This document shows positions 13,348 through 27,300 of a stretch of DNA of 64,000 nucleotides, one piece after another. The stretch lies in the NCBI GenBank assembly GCA_965603825.1, contig CBFDEM010000060.1, forward strand, positions 310,001 through 374,000, given 5' to 3'. A program made the translations under genes and the position numbers. Within the stretch, counting starts at the first letter, position 1; every line of letters begins with the position of its first letter. The stretch is from Blepharisma stoltei ATCC 30299. Taxonomy: Eukaryota > Protista > Ciliophora. The notes below the pieces were generated by a model, which ran no database searches, was not told the origin of the DNA, and worked only from the letters and a program-made list of their open reading frames with translations.

Positions 13348-15486
13348 TTAGCTTAAAAGTCGTCCTCTGGTTGTTAATGATTCAGACTCAGAACTACTCA
13401 CACAATCCATATAAATATCTTCGCTTTCCAGCATCTTTTTAAGCAGCCTTTCTATTCTTTCCATTTTTGCATTATTTCTGATCATCTGCTCTTTCATCAC
13501 TGCAAGCTCTTTATTTCCCAATCCTTCATTTTTTATGAAAATCACACTTTCCTTTTCATTGTCAAGCTTCTTTAATTCTTCTATGATTAATTTTTTGAAG
13601 CTTAAAGATGTTAATTCATTGAGCATTCCAACTTTGTTTGCCTTAATTAAAGCATTCATTTCTGCTAGTAAATATTTTATTTTTTCATCTTTTTCAGAAG
13701 CTCTTTTCTCCATTTCTTTTCAGATAAGAGGAAATCCAAATTTTATTTTTGAGCATGTCTGCATTACAATTACTTTTTGGGTTAATATTAATAGGTGTAG
13801 GTTTAATCCTGCCATAATGTTATATTTTCGCGTTACTCTATTAATCGCTTCATAGTCTCCAAAGGATTCTCCTTCATTGCACTTATAAAAAGCAATATTA
13901 TTTTCACAGACATAAGATGCTCTTCCTTTTACTACAAAATACATTGAATCTGCAACTTCTCCAATAGCGACCACAAACTCAGAATATGGCACGTACATTG
14001 GCTGAAGGTAAGCTGCGACCTCAGATATAAATTTAAAATCTTTATTTTGAAAAAATTCCAATTTTGTAATTGCTCCAAAGTGCATATTTATGCCAATTTC
14101 ATATTTCAATGTTGTTGGGAAGTCATCAAGCATATCATCTCTTTCATTTTGAGAATAGTTTTTCTTCATTGCATTATTACTAACAATTCGCTGAATTTTC
14201 ATTTTTATATTATTTGATAAAGCAGATGATTTTATATAGGCTTCGACCACCGCCATTTTTTTATCAAGAATTCTTGTTTTTGTGTCGCTTTCTTCAAAGA
14301 GTTTTGCAATATTGCTGATGCTGAATGATAAAAAATAAACTCCGATCGCCATTCATAAAATGGCCACAATTTTTTCAGGTATTGTCGAAGCATATATATC
14401 TCCATAGCCAATTGATGTAAACGTAGTCATGGCTCAATAAAATGCAGCAAGATATTTAGTATATGAATTCTTGTCAAGATAATCATTAGTGACAATTCAT
14501 GAATCAGGATCAAAATCGTCTAATTTGCCAGTCATATAAAACATGCATGCTGCAATATGCATAAGTACTAAAACGCCTAAAATTCAATACATAATAACAA
14601 CGGACCGTCTATGGAAGTTGAAATTAAGTTCTAAGCATTCAAATATCTTTTTCAATGATTTGCTGTCAAGGAATTTTATCAGTCGTGAGAGTCTTAACCC
14701 TTTGAAGAGGATTCTCAGCTTTAGCGCTTTCATTATTTCATCATGATTTTGAGAAAAACTATTCGATGCTAAAGCATCAATCATTTCAAAAGGAACACTT
14801 GCAGCAAGATCGATAACAAACCAACCTGTCAAGTAATGTCAGATAATCATCTTTCTATCTGTAATAAATGCGCCATCCTTCTTGTAATATGCAGTGTTGA
14901 AATTCAAAATTAAGTCAATAATAAAAACGCAGTCTTGGGCAAAATCAATTCAGAATCAAAAGTCTCAGTTATTTGTGATAAGGAATGCCATTATATAAGG
15001 GATTACAATTGCAGTGTATAGTAAAATAACAAAAATAAAAGCGTTTAATATCTCTCTTATGTAGCCAGAAGGGTGCAAGACAAATGCCGGCAGGTTTTCT
15101 TTTTTCTTATGATATTTATCTATTATATTCTTTGCCCTAGATTTAAAATAATCGTCTATTTGAGGCGGTGAAACAGTATACTCTGTAAAAACTCCGTGAG
15201 AAGGGCCAAATAATCTCACTTCATTGATCATTTTTCTCAAGCGTAGGGTGATTAAAATTTTTCTTTTGGCTCGTTGTCAGATAATAGCGTATTTGAAACG
15301 ATTTATTGGCTCGTATAATAAATTTTCAGGGATTTCAAAATCGTGAATGATAATAGGCGCAGGATCCTTAAGTTCTTCATCATTTTTGTCAGCTTTTCTG
15401 GAATTGTTGAGTTTTTCGCTTTCTTCTGTTGTGTTGGTTTTTATATATTTCCTATTTAAAAAACTGATTATGCTTTGATTTACCAT
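13348..15486 (-). CDS. 6-TM K+ channel with cyclic-nucleotide-binding domain (EAG/CNG-like), ~707 aa after a probable 15-nt intron
   Basis: Five same-frame ORFs joined by TGA=Trp. S4 LRILFKGLRLSRLIK; pore YLAAFY(W=TGA 14434-14436)AMTTFTSIGYGD; C-linker and CNBD (MYFVVKG...GESFGD); TAA at 13348-13350. Confidence 0.93.
13759..13773 (-). other. Probable 15-nt in-frame, stop-free spliceosomal intron (GTAATTGTAATGCAG)
   Basis: GT..AG, 15 nt, A at position 10 as in the other introns. Removing it gives LTQKTCSKIKFGFP, the same L-x11-FP spacing as the paralogous channel in this window (LSRVNMNQLLGKFP). Confidence 0.7.
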
Positions 15487-15707
15487 TAATGATATAAATT
15501 TTACATATATTCATATATTTAATGAAAATTTTAAGCTTAGCAGATAAATCATTTTAGGTTATGGTTTTTCTTTTATTTAATTAAAATTTTGAGATAAAAA
15601 ATATGTCGTAAGGAAAATATAAAAGAAAGTATGCCAATAATTTAAATTCAAAAGTATTATAAATGTATTGCTTAATTGCAGAGTTTCATGCATAAAGGAA
15701 CTGCACA

Positions 15708-17969
15708 TTAATCCCCTTCCTCTGCTCGGGATTCTACAATAATCATAGAATGAATCAAATATAAATATTCATTGATTATTTCTTCATCTAAAACTCCTAT
15801 CAACTCTTTTTTGCATTCATCATAGCTTCATTCTCTCTCTTCCTTATCTCACAGATCTTTTACAATTTCATATGCTTTTAACAATTTTTCATGCCCTAAC
15901 TTCTCTTCAAGGTATAGTCTTAAAGTTTCAAGCTGTCCATATCTTGAGCTTTGATACTCAGAGCAGGGCTCACTTACTTTTTCTTGGAAAAAGTTTTGAA
16001 TAATTTTTACTGATTTATCATAAGTATTCTCTGGATCACTGACAGGCAAAATTTGAGGAGGCTCATAGGGTAAGATTTCTTGATTTTCAAGCTCATCCAC
16101 CCTATCTACGATATCTTCACCCTCACTTACTTCTGCCGTAGGTGCAGTTGATTCAGAGACTTCAGACTCTATTTCCTCACTTTTTTCTCCCTCAATTATA
16201 GCTTCTTGCAATTTAATTATTAGTTTTTCTTGCTCTCTTTCTATTTGAGCATAATCTCTTTCATCTCCAACCCACTGCACAATAGCTTCGTCTTTTTTGT
16301 TTTTCATCTCAGCCTTTTTTTTCCTTTTCATTTCGTCAATCATTTTTCTCCTTTCTTCGTCTTGTTTTTGCTTTCTCTCGTCTTTTTCTTTTGAAGCTTC
16401 TTTTTTCTTTTTTAGATCTTCTTGCTCTTTTAAATAAGAATCTTTGAGGAGTTTTTCTTTTTGCTTGCGCAGTTCTTCAAGTCTTTTTTGAGCTTTGTCT
16501 TTTTCTTTAGCTCGCTGTTTTTCTGATTGGACCGAGAGATTAAAATCTTTTTTGGGTTTTAGCTCATCTTCTAAGTGTTTAGCAATTGGAAACTTAGCCT
16601 GAGGAGTTGGTGGCTGAGATGCAGGCTTTGATTTAGGGATTTGTGGTGCTTCATGAGAAATTGGCTTATCATATAGGGCTTGATATGCAGGCTCTGGATT
16701 TTCTTTTTTAGGCTCTATATACCACGGATTTGGATTTGGGTTTGGAGCCTTTGGCTTAGGCTTATATTCGGGGATTTTTTGAATTAGATCAGCTACTTGC
16801 GGCTTCCTTTCCTTAGGAGGTACACCTTTTGGTGGAAGATTTCTCATTCCATCTCTTGCAGGAGGTATATCTCTTCTATAAGGATCTTTGCTTTCTTCAT
16901 TAGAATGCTCTTTAAAATTTTCTCTAGCTTGCGCTCTCTTTTTCGCTTCTTCAAGTTCCCTTATTTCTTCTTCCTTCTTTCTCCTATTTTCTTCCTCCCT
17001 CTTTTGCTCTTCTTCCCTTTTCTTTTTCATTTCTTCGTTCCTTCTTTTAACCTCTTCGTTCTTTTTTTGTATTAATTCTTCACCTTTTTTCTTATCTTGA
17101 GCAGAGAAAACATTTTGGTTGTGCAAGACTGTATGTGAAAACTCTTGGGCTCGGATTGTTTCTCCCAGAAAATTTTGGATTTTTTCTTTTATGAAATTCA
17201 TCCTAAGAATTTGAGCCAAAGAGGGCCTTCTTCCTGGATCAATTGAAAGCATTTGGCCAATCAAATTTTTTAAGTCCCTTGAATATTGATTTGCTATGGG
17301 TGAGTAATTTCCTTTAACTATATTCAATGATAATTGATGAATAGAATTTCCATCAAAAGGTGGCCGAAGGGCACACAATTCGTAGAGTAATACACCCAAA
17401 GACCATATATCGCTTTTAAAACTATATGGCTTGTTTTGAATGATCTCAGGTGATAGATAGTAAGGAGTTCCAACTTGAGTTCTTGCTTTATCAATAGTAT
17501 GGCTCAATACTTTTGCAATGCCGAAATCACCTAATTTTATCATTCCATTACTCATAAGGAAGATATTTTGACCCTTTATGTCTCGATGAAGCACTTTTCT
17601 ATCATGAACATGCTTCATAGCTAAACAAATTTGGACAAACCAATTTAATATTTGATTTTCAGGGAACAGTCTTCCTCTTTGGGCTTGAATTTTTGAAGCT
17701 AAATCACCACCATCTGCATAGTCCATAACAATATTTAACTTCCCATTTGTAGTTGTATATACGTCTCGAAATTTAATGATATTGGGATGATCAAAAGCAG
17801 ACATCACTTTCGCTTCGTGATAAGCCTCCTTTTTTTCTTGAGGTGACATTCTTGATATATCGATTTGTTTTACAACCCATTTGGATTTGTCATCAGGCTT
17901 CTCACATAAATAGCATTTTCCAAATGCTCCTTCTCCAAGAAGTTTGATTTGTTTTAGTCCTTCGACCAT
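15708..17969 (-). CDS. NEK1: NIMA-related kinase (NEK1-like), 753 aa
   Basis: GEGAFG, HRDIKGQNIFL, DFGIAKVL, GTPYYLSPE; coiled coil; NEK1-type C-terminal LETLRLYLEEKLG. Reads through TGA at 15849 and 15828 to TAA at 15708-15710 (...IIVESRAEEGD). Confidence 0.93.
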
Positions 17970-18300
17970 TTTATTTAGCCTGAGTGCTTTATCTGCTTAT
18001 TTTATCTAAATTAAAGCAAATAAGAATACAATTAGTAAATGTTATTTTCTTGTTTTCATGCAATTAACTGAATGAATAAAATTATTTTCAAAAATTTATA
18101 ATAAAAAACGATTTATTTCTGAGTAAAAAATGTTCGTGTTTTTGAAAATTGATTAATAAATTATTATAAAGTAATTTTTATAAATAAAACACTTAAAGTC
18201 TTTTAGTAATATCCTAAAAATAATTAAGCTTATTTACCAATTTATTCGTTTTTTTAAATTATGACTAATATTTTGATATTTAAAGTGAAGTTAAATTAAT

Positions 18301-21300
18301 TTAATCTTCTTCTTCCCAACCTCCTGAAGCCGAGCCATCTAGATCAATATCTGTGCAGTGAGTAATAGCATAAAGTAATTTAGTTTTCATAACTTCTTTG
18401 GTAGTATAAGGTGGAAGATCCATAGTAAAGAAGCAAGTGTGCGAAATAGGCATATAATTATCCACATTTCCTGAAGGATTATATCTGGTTATGGTCATGT
18501 GTCTCCAATCTCTTCCTGATGGTAGCTTAGATCGACCCCACACAAACTTTAAGAACAAGGTTCTCTCTTTAGGACTCATTTCAGTAAGAACCTCCCATAA
18601 ATTAATAATATGCTGATCTGTCAGGCTGCAATTGCTATAGTCAGTATTTGCCTTTAGTATGTCTATGTCGATATTTGCTGCTCCGCATACTAAGGTTTCT
18701 ACTTGTTTCCAGCTAAACAAATTCAAAAAGTCAGTTGGAATGACAGCACTCATTCCTTTTCTGATTGCTTCATAAGCCTTAGGATTTTCATTGAGCCTAT
18801 ATTGCTCAATTAAGTCTGCATATTTGGCTGCATTTTCATAAGTGACTTGGATTTCTTTCCCTCCTTCGATTAGTTCAACTTCACGCCCACTTGAGTCCTT
18901 GGTTGTGAATTTTTCATCATAAACCATAGAAAAGGTGTCTGGAGTTAATTGATTGGCTTCAGGATTCCTTAGAATTTCGAGGATTTGAACAATGCAGACG
19001 TCAAGACCTCTCAAATCTTGGGTTGAGAGTTTATCCATAATAAGCCTCTTCCAGAACAGCGGTGGGAAGGACAGGTTCAAGTTATTTTGAGTTCTTATTG
19101 CAGCTCCCATTAATTTACCTAAGAAAGTAAAGAGTTCAATATCTTGCTGACTGTCTGCTGCTGGGTTCACAATCCATGACTCTCTGTTTTCGCCAATGTT
19201 ATGAACATTATTAGGTGATGGAACAAGAAGTCTCAAATAAGAAGATTGAAGTTCATCACACATGTTGCTCATCGATTCGTTATATGGGCCTCCAGCGTCA
19301 ATTGCTGCTTCACCTCTATAGCTAACTTGATAAAACCTTTCAGAATTTCTAAATTCAGTATTTTGCCAAGATATAGTATTTCGATAGATTTGTCCGAATA
19401 TTGAAAATTGTCCGAGTGCATCAACATCTTTTCGATCTCTATGCCTTGCTGCTTTTGGCCTATCAATAGTTATGGATTGCCTATTGCCATAAACTGACTT
19501 TGATAGATGCTCTTTCAGTAAGTTATTTTTAATTCTAAAGAAAATATAATTTCTGGATCCTGCCAGTGCTTTTTGCAATTCAGTCATAGACTGGTATGAT
19601 TCGAAGTGGATATCAAATAATCCTAACAATTCATTTGTTTTCTGGTTAAATTTTTGAAGGATTCGATACAGCTGCTTCATGTCATCTTTACTCAATTTCT
19701 CAAGTTCAGGATAGTAAATTAACTCAGACTCGCTTGGGTCGATATCATCATCTTTCAGTTTAAGTATATCTTTTCCTTTTGATTGAGTCATTTCATCAAG
19801 GTAAATAACGAGCTGCTCTGCTGCGCCTGACTTAAAGAAATGAGAGAATTTAGGCAAATAAGTTTCATTCCAGAGTGTCTTAGTTTCGTCTCCTGCAAAC
19901 GCTAGAAAAGTATTGATATCTTGAACAGTCTTTAATTTAAACAGAGGAGTGACTTTAAATTTATAGCCCCAAAGCGCAGAGTTGGCTTCTGAGTGAATAT
20001 TTATGATATCAATTCCAGCAGGAGTACTCGGCTTATTTGAGATTGCTACACTCTGATTAGAACCTGAGAAAATAACAGCATATTGATATCCATCATTTTC
20101 ATTTTCCAATTTAGGTAGCTCTTTTGAAACAAGTAACTCTCCATTCTTAAAGATCTTGAATTCTTTTGCATCAAAATCAATATATGACCCTATATTGTCA
20201 TTCGTAGCGAATCCTTCGACGTCAGAGAAAACTAAAAGTGAAGATTGCTCAGCATTTTTAGCCTCAATTGAAGATTTTAGAGCAAAACCCAACCCAATTC
20301 TCCCTTCAGAATTCACCATACTTTCAACGAAATGTTTGCCAGACTTTAATAAATGGGCAGTGGTATGTACGGAAGCGCTATTCTCAACTTTAGTTATTGT
20401 TCTCTCTTCATCAGAAATTCGTATGCTTTCATCTTTACTCCATTGATGGCTCAGGAGTGAGCCAACATTTGCTGGATGCCAAGCATAGATTGTATCACCT
20501 TTAAATTCTGCTTTCTTTTCATTGAGTTCTAGAGCTCCAAATACTTCAATTTTTTCAATAGAGATAATTTGATTTGATCCGCCAAAGCAAAGTACTGGAA
20601 TTAATGATTCTGCTATTTCGGTGTATTTGTAAACTTCATTGCCATTTTTGTAGCAAGTTATTGTTCTATCGCCAAAATCTACCAAGAATGAAATTAAATC
20701 ATTTGTAACATATGGCATACTACGCTCATCTCTCACTCCTGGCCTTATAAACGCTCCTCCCTGATTCCATGTTCATGATCCCTCTCCATTCATATAAGAT
20801 TCGGTAACAGCCTCTGTTAAGTTTAATCGATTGGAGTCTGGGCCTCTAGCAAATCCTATAAACAAACAGCTGGATCCACCATCAGAGTCGACTTTATAAG
20901 TGATTTTAGTTTTACCTTTTGTCATAACTTGGCTTAAGAGAACATTACCCCATCCAGAAGAATTTGTCCTTGTCACTGTTTTGCCGCTATTTCTTATTTC
21001 AATATCAGGACCTTTCGGGCTATTTAAGAACTGGTAATCTGCTGAACCAGTAGCAAAGCAAGCTGGACTCGCTCCTTCAGGATCATAAGAAAAGTAAATA
21101 TTGTCGCTTGGTTCGACTAAACTTTGTGTGTCAAATTCTAATTTTAGAGATGATGCCAAAGGAATATGAATTTTCTCTACTTTAGTCTGGCGTTCATAGG
21201 GATGAGATGACTCATATGTTAAAGCGGTTTTTTCTTCCAATTGAGATTTAAATTCATCAAAAATTAGCAAAGCTAAGCCTTCATCTTTTTCAGCAAGTCC

Positions 21301-24300
21301 TTTCATCCAGGACACAAGCTCATTTAAGTCAGCAAACCATTTATCCAAAGGTCCATCATATAATGTTTTTGTAAATTCTGACAATAAAGGAATTAAGGCT
21401 TGCAAGAAAGAACTAGTTTGGTTACTTTGATTGAATTTTTTGTAAAGCTGAGTTGCTTCGGATATCAAATAGCGAACAATTTCATAATTAGTGCTGTTTG
21501 GCACCTTTAAGAGCGATTTTAATAAGGATATGGCTCGCAGTTTCTCATCTGACTCTGACTTTGATGAAATAGTCCTCAAGAAAAGAGGCTGGATAACTCT
21601 TGAAGAGAAAAGAACTCTTGAATCAAATTCTGTGCCCAATAGTTCAACAAGTCTTTCAAGCAACCATGTTGCAAGCTCTGGGGGTGAAGAAATTTCTCCA
21701 GAAGAGCCACCGCCAATTGGAATAACGTCAAATTTATAGCCCCAATAGTTAACTGAGCCGTCACTATGGAAGAAAGTATATACTGTATCTCCTTCTACTT
21801 CAAATGATTGCCAATTTGTCTCTCCTTCACCTGAGAAACATTTTAGCTCATCGCCTCGGCCTGGAGCAGCATAGAACCTTAAAGGATCGCAGCCATTTTC
21901 GGTTTTGCATTGAGGATCAAAAACAATTTTAAGCTTATCTGCTCCTGGAATTGATATGCATTCATCGAGGTCTGTGGAATTATTGTAAGGATGAGGGCTT
22001 TCTATAACTAAAGGCTTAAGCTCTGCAGTTGATTTTGGAATCAAACCAGAAACAGTTTTGACAACAAATTCTTTAACACATAATTTTCTGAATTCCTCAG
22101 AACTCTTGAGCAATGATGCTACAGTAGTTTCTAATTGTTTATAATCATTACCAATAAATGTAAAAGATTTATTTAGCCTGTCTGGATTGGCCAAAATGTT
22201 TGGGTTTTTCTTTAAGATGCTTAATAAAATCTTTTTGCTTGCAGAAAAGTTTCTAAGTTCTTCGACATCATATAAAGCATTATAAAGCTCAATTAGAGAA
22301 TAGAGGTTATAATTTCTTTCGTCTTCTATCTTATTGACTGAGCTTTTTGCATCAGCTGTTTTGTCTGTTAATCCAAATGATGATGCTTTACTGGCAATTG
22401 AACTAAGTGAAGATACAGAGCAATTCAAAATCAAGCTGGATTTTTTAAATCCAACAAACAAATAGTAAGTTTTTTCACTGCTTGGTGCAATATTTATTGC
22501 TTTGTTGTCTTTATCAGTTATTAATCTATATCCAATTGGCAAATTTACATTATAAGGATCTGTAACTTTGAAAAGCGCAATATCATAGATAGGCGATTTT
22601 TTAGAGGATTGTTGGAAAACGTTGCATGATCTATTTTGCTCATTGCTAAGGTTACCTATATTTGTATAGCTGCTAGGCTCTCCTTCAATAGCGATATCTG
22701 ATAAAAAGGTTTCTAGAGGAAGATCTTTATTGAATGCAAGAACCTTTATATTTGCAAAATCAAAATCTATTGGGTATTCATCCGCGTAAACTTGAGCAAT
22801 TGTGTAGTCTTTAGGAACTTGATCTTTAGAGTCAAATATTTTAACATCATTTATCACTCTTTTATCATAATCCAGACATAAAGCTTTGGCATCATCAGCT
22901 TCTAAATGCTCAAAAGCGTAATCAATTGACGCACTCAAATCGACATCTCCTTCTGAGTCATGCTGCAAATTTTCTGTGAGTCCAATTAAAGCTAATTGTT
23001 TTTGAGCTGCGTTAGATAACTTATTAAAGACTCTTACAAATTGTTCTCCACCTTCTAATTCTTTTGGCCTAGCAATTTCAGCCTTTGCAGAACCTTCATA
23101 TAAGCCTTCATAAATTTCGAAGCCTAATAAGGTAACAATTTTTCCTTTTTCAAGATAAATTCCGAAATCTCCGACTTTAACTCCGTTAAAAATGCTAAGA
23201 TTTATTTTTTCGAAGGTATGGCCTTCAACTGTGATATAAACCTGACCCCTAGCTTTTGCGTAAACTCTTACAAATAGTTTTTCAGTTTCGTTCAATTTTT
23301 CTGTTGTTTCTCCATTTATAGTGAAGTAAAGTTCATCAGTCTTCTTTATCCCAAGCTCTAAGTCTCCAATCTTAAGGCCACAGTTTACAGAATCATCAGA
23401 TAGTTGATATTCAAGAGTAGCTAAAATTGTAATAGAATTAGGCTCTGTTGTCAAACTATTAAAGATTGAGCCATCCAGCTTAACCGAGATCTCACTTTTC
23501 TCGTTTATGCCTTCAAGGAGACTCCTAATGGTTAAGTTGGCACACTCGTCTTGATAAATAACTGATTTCCTGGAGCCTTTAGTTGCTAATGACTTTGAAG
23601 ATGCTAGTTTATAAAGCTGAACTTGCTCTTTCTCAGGCTTAGGTGGTTCTTGCCAGTTAAGAATTCCCTCTTTATCCTTTATTCCAGCATCAAAGCATTT
23701 GATAATTCTAATTGCAGGAATATCAAGTGATAAAAGTTCAGTTGCTAAAATCTGTTCTTCTTCATTAAGTGCCCCAATTCTTGCTTGAGCACTTTCTTCT
23801 GTTAGTGGTACTGCTTCTGGCTTATTTTCACCGTGAGAACTTGAGTGTATTTTTGTTGCAAGTTGTTTTAGAATATTCGAATACATCGCCTTACTTGTGT
23901 ATTTAGGAGCTAGTGGCTTTCTCTTTAAAATTCTTTCAGCTATTTTCTCAACTATTTCTGAACTTTGATCATTTGATTCAAAAATATCGACAATAGCTCC
24001 AAGAGTAGCATTCTCGAGGCTTCTGTATAGAGTTCTTTGGAATGCATATGACTGTGATGAGTAGCTCAAGTCGAGACTATCATCATAGTCTTGGAAGTTT
24101 TCCCATAGAGTAATCAATGAAACACTTAAAGTATCTTTCTCTTCAGAACTTATGATGCTAAATAGATTAATGCTGACTTGCTGTTCAATATTCTCTATCT
24201 TTTCCATTGCTTCAGTTGCTGAAGTATCTTCACTCACAGAATAGAAAGCAGCATTTGTACCATTGATTTCTCTTATGATGCCTTTGGGAAGTAAGGAATT

Positions 24301-27300
24301 AGAAAGTTTTGCATTTGCCAACACAATTGGCTCTTCTCCAAAGCCATCGAAGCCTTTTGATACTGAAGCAAGGAAGGAAATAGCTCCAATTGCTTTTGGA
24401 GTTACCCTGTACCCATTCCTGACAGATGAGGAAGCATCTTCCAATGCATCAACAATGCTCATAACGACACGTCTCCTCCATCTCTCGACTTCAATAAGTG
24501 AAAGAAGGAGATTTTTTCCTTCATAAACCCAACGAAGCTTATGCTTTTTGAGATTTTCTTTTTCGTACCAGGTAAAGCCATCTCCAATTCTCATAAGGAT
24601 CGAGGAAATGTAGTCACCTCTGTTCTCCTCAATAATATTGAAGATATCATCAAACCAATTAATAGTCGATTCAGGAGAATGCTGGCTTCCAACTACATAT
24701 TTAAGGATTCGAGCTCCAATTGTAATAATTTTTTCAGAAGGAACTGCAAAGGTGAGCTGGAGCAATGATTTGATATAAGATTCACGAGCGAGGAGTTTAG
24801 GGAGACATTTAGATCCAAGACACCCATACACAACCCAAAGTAAAGAACCAATATAATCAGCATGCTCTGCAACAACTTTTGAGGTCGCTCTGCATGATGT
24901 TGGCCATTCACCATACATTGCCAGGCTATCTTGAATTTCTGTGTAGATGTTTGCAAATTTTTCGCGATTCGAGTTAATTGTCTTTATTAGCAAATAAAAG
25001 TCAATGCTTCCAGTTTCATCTTTAAATTCTGAAGGAGTGTTTTCAGGCACTTTATCTTGAGAGATAATTCCAGGGTGTTCAGAACTTCTGAAGAGCTCAA
25101 TATACTTCATAAAGGATTCGCCTTCGACTGTTCTGAATCTTGAGGCAAAGGCTTCAATGACAGCTTTTACGTCTGTAAGGTCATAAAACTTTTGAGCATC
25201 ATAAAAATCATAAGGCAAGTACTTCCAAAGGACTGAAGAAGATAAATAGTTTTGAACATTTTCAGGGAATTCGTTACTTAAATCTTTAAGAGTACCTAAA
25301 AACTTGAAGAAATCGTATTGTCCTTTATAATTTTTGTTTTCTTCGTGGCTCTGTAAAGTTTCAAGAATTGGCTGTTCTATATGTTCTAGATCATCTTGTG
25401 TTAAAACACCTTTCATTGAAGGATCAACTTTCTCAATGTACTCATTAATTAAATTTCTAAGTGTGAAATTTTCAAAGCCTTCAGTTTCATGCCTGAATTG
25501 GTTTAGTCATTCATGGACTGGGTTTTTAGCAAGATTTTTTGATTCGACCTTTTTGCCAATCCAATCATCACCCCTTACAAGTTTCTTAACTTCAAGTGAC
25601 TCTGATTCTAAAGCTGATAAACTCTTCTCATATTTAAGATCATTAAACAGAACTTGCATGAAAGTATCCTGGACCAAAATCTTTTTAGTTTCATTAGGCT
25701 CAACCCAGGAGCCAGCTATTGAGTAAAAGAATTGTTTAAACAAAGACCAAGAGGTTCGACAGAGCTTGGCTTTTAATTCTGTTCTGTCCTTTATCTCTCC
25801 ATCAATATCAGCATCAAAAAGTTCGTCGTAGTTAGAGTACTTGAAATCATTGATGCTAGGGGAAACAAGAAGGCACCTCTCTCCTGATTTCTCTTCTCCT
25901 CTCTTCACGAAAACGAATTTTGTATCTCCACTCTCAACAAATTCTCCATCAATTTTTTCATAGCCTTCTTTTGCTTGATCTGTAGAAATAACTACGTCAG
26001 TTAATGCTTTTAAGCTTTGATCTTTATGAAAAGTCAAATAAACTTTCGCTCCTTCTGGAGATTCGCTTAGTAGAATCTTATCAGTTCCTTCTGGAATTTC
26101 AGCTTCTGGATGAATTTCAAGCTTAGTAACACAAAGCTCTTTCTTGAACCTTCTTTGCAACTCTTCCAGATTAATGAAGCCCTTAGCCCATTTCAGCAAT
26201 TGTGCTAAAACAGTAGGGAAATGTTGCTCTAGTATTGAATGACTATCAATTCCTTTAAATGGAGAGCTCATAGCTTCTAAAAGAAACAGGTAGTAATAAA
26301 TGTCAGTTGGCTGGAGAGTCTTTGTCTGAGGCTTTGTGAGTTCCTTTTGAAGTGTGCTATATAGCTGGTAAAATGAGTGTTTGACAATATGCAGTAGCTT
26401 AGGATCAATTCCCTCTAGTCCTTCCCAGTAGTGCTTTTTCTCGCCTTTAACTTTTAAAGAGTCACTAAACACTTTAACTAGCGATATTGATTGATCAGTA
26501 GAAGCGATCATATTTGAGATGAGCTGGAATCCAACGGATCTTGTAACTGCTCTTCCTCTTCTTCCTTCAATTAGTTTTATAATTAATTCAACAGGTATTG
26601 AAGTCTCCAAAAATTTAGTGACAAGATCAGAGACTTTGTGAAACTCTTTAATATCTTCATTCTCAGGCTCACTTGTTTTAGATGAAAGTTGGACTAATCC
26701 TTTAAGCTTTGACGAAGAATGAACTGCTTCTTTAACTGATTTCCATTTGCTTCCTGCTTTAAGTCCTCCTGATTCTTTGGCTTGGATTTTGACGACACTT
26801 GATAGCAAGTTTTTCATTACTTTGCTTACACCAAGTTCATTTAAGGATAATTTATAGTCTGCTCCCAGCAACAAGGTGCATTTTGTGACGATGTCATTGC
26901 TGATGTCTGTGTAAGTTATATCAGGTTTTCCACTATCCATCAAATTTTGCTTGTGCTTTTGAGCCCATCCTCTAATCAAGTTGCTTTGCTTGATGATATA
27001 TTTCAAGGTTTTGCCTAAATCTTCTGACTCATCAAAGAGTTTATTAACAGTGTCAACAACTTCGAAGAAAGCAATATAAACTGCGAAAATGGCTCTTTCT
27101 GCCTGATCCATTTCGTCACCCCCAATTCTTGTAGATGGTCCTACAACTCCGGATTGTTTTTTCAATTTTGCCCATCCTGTCTTTACTCTTTCACTGCCCT
27201 CGATAAGTTCTTGCAAGAATGGAATATAAGAAAACCTTGCTTCTTCAGGTCTTTGTTTATAACTAAGAGCATAACTTTCCAGTGACACACTTGCAGACTT

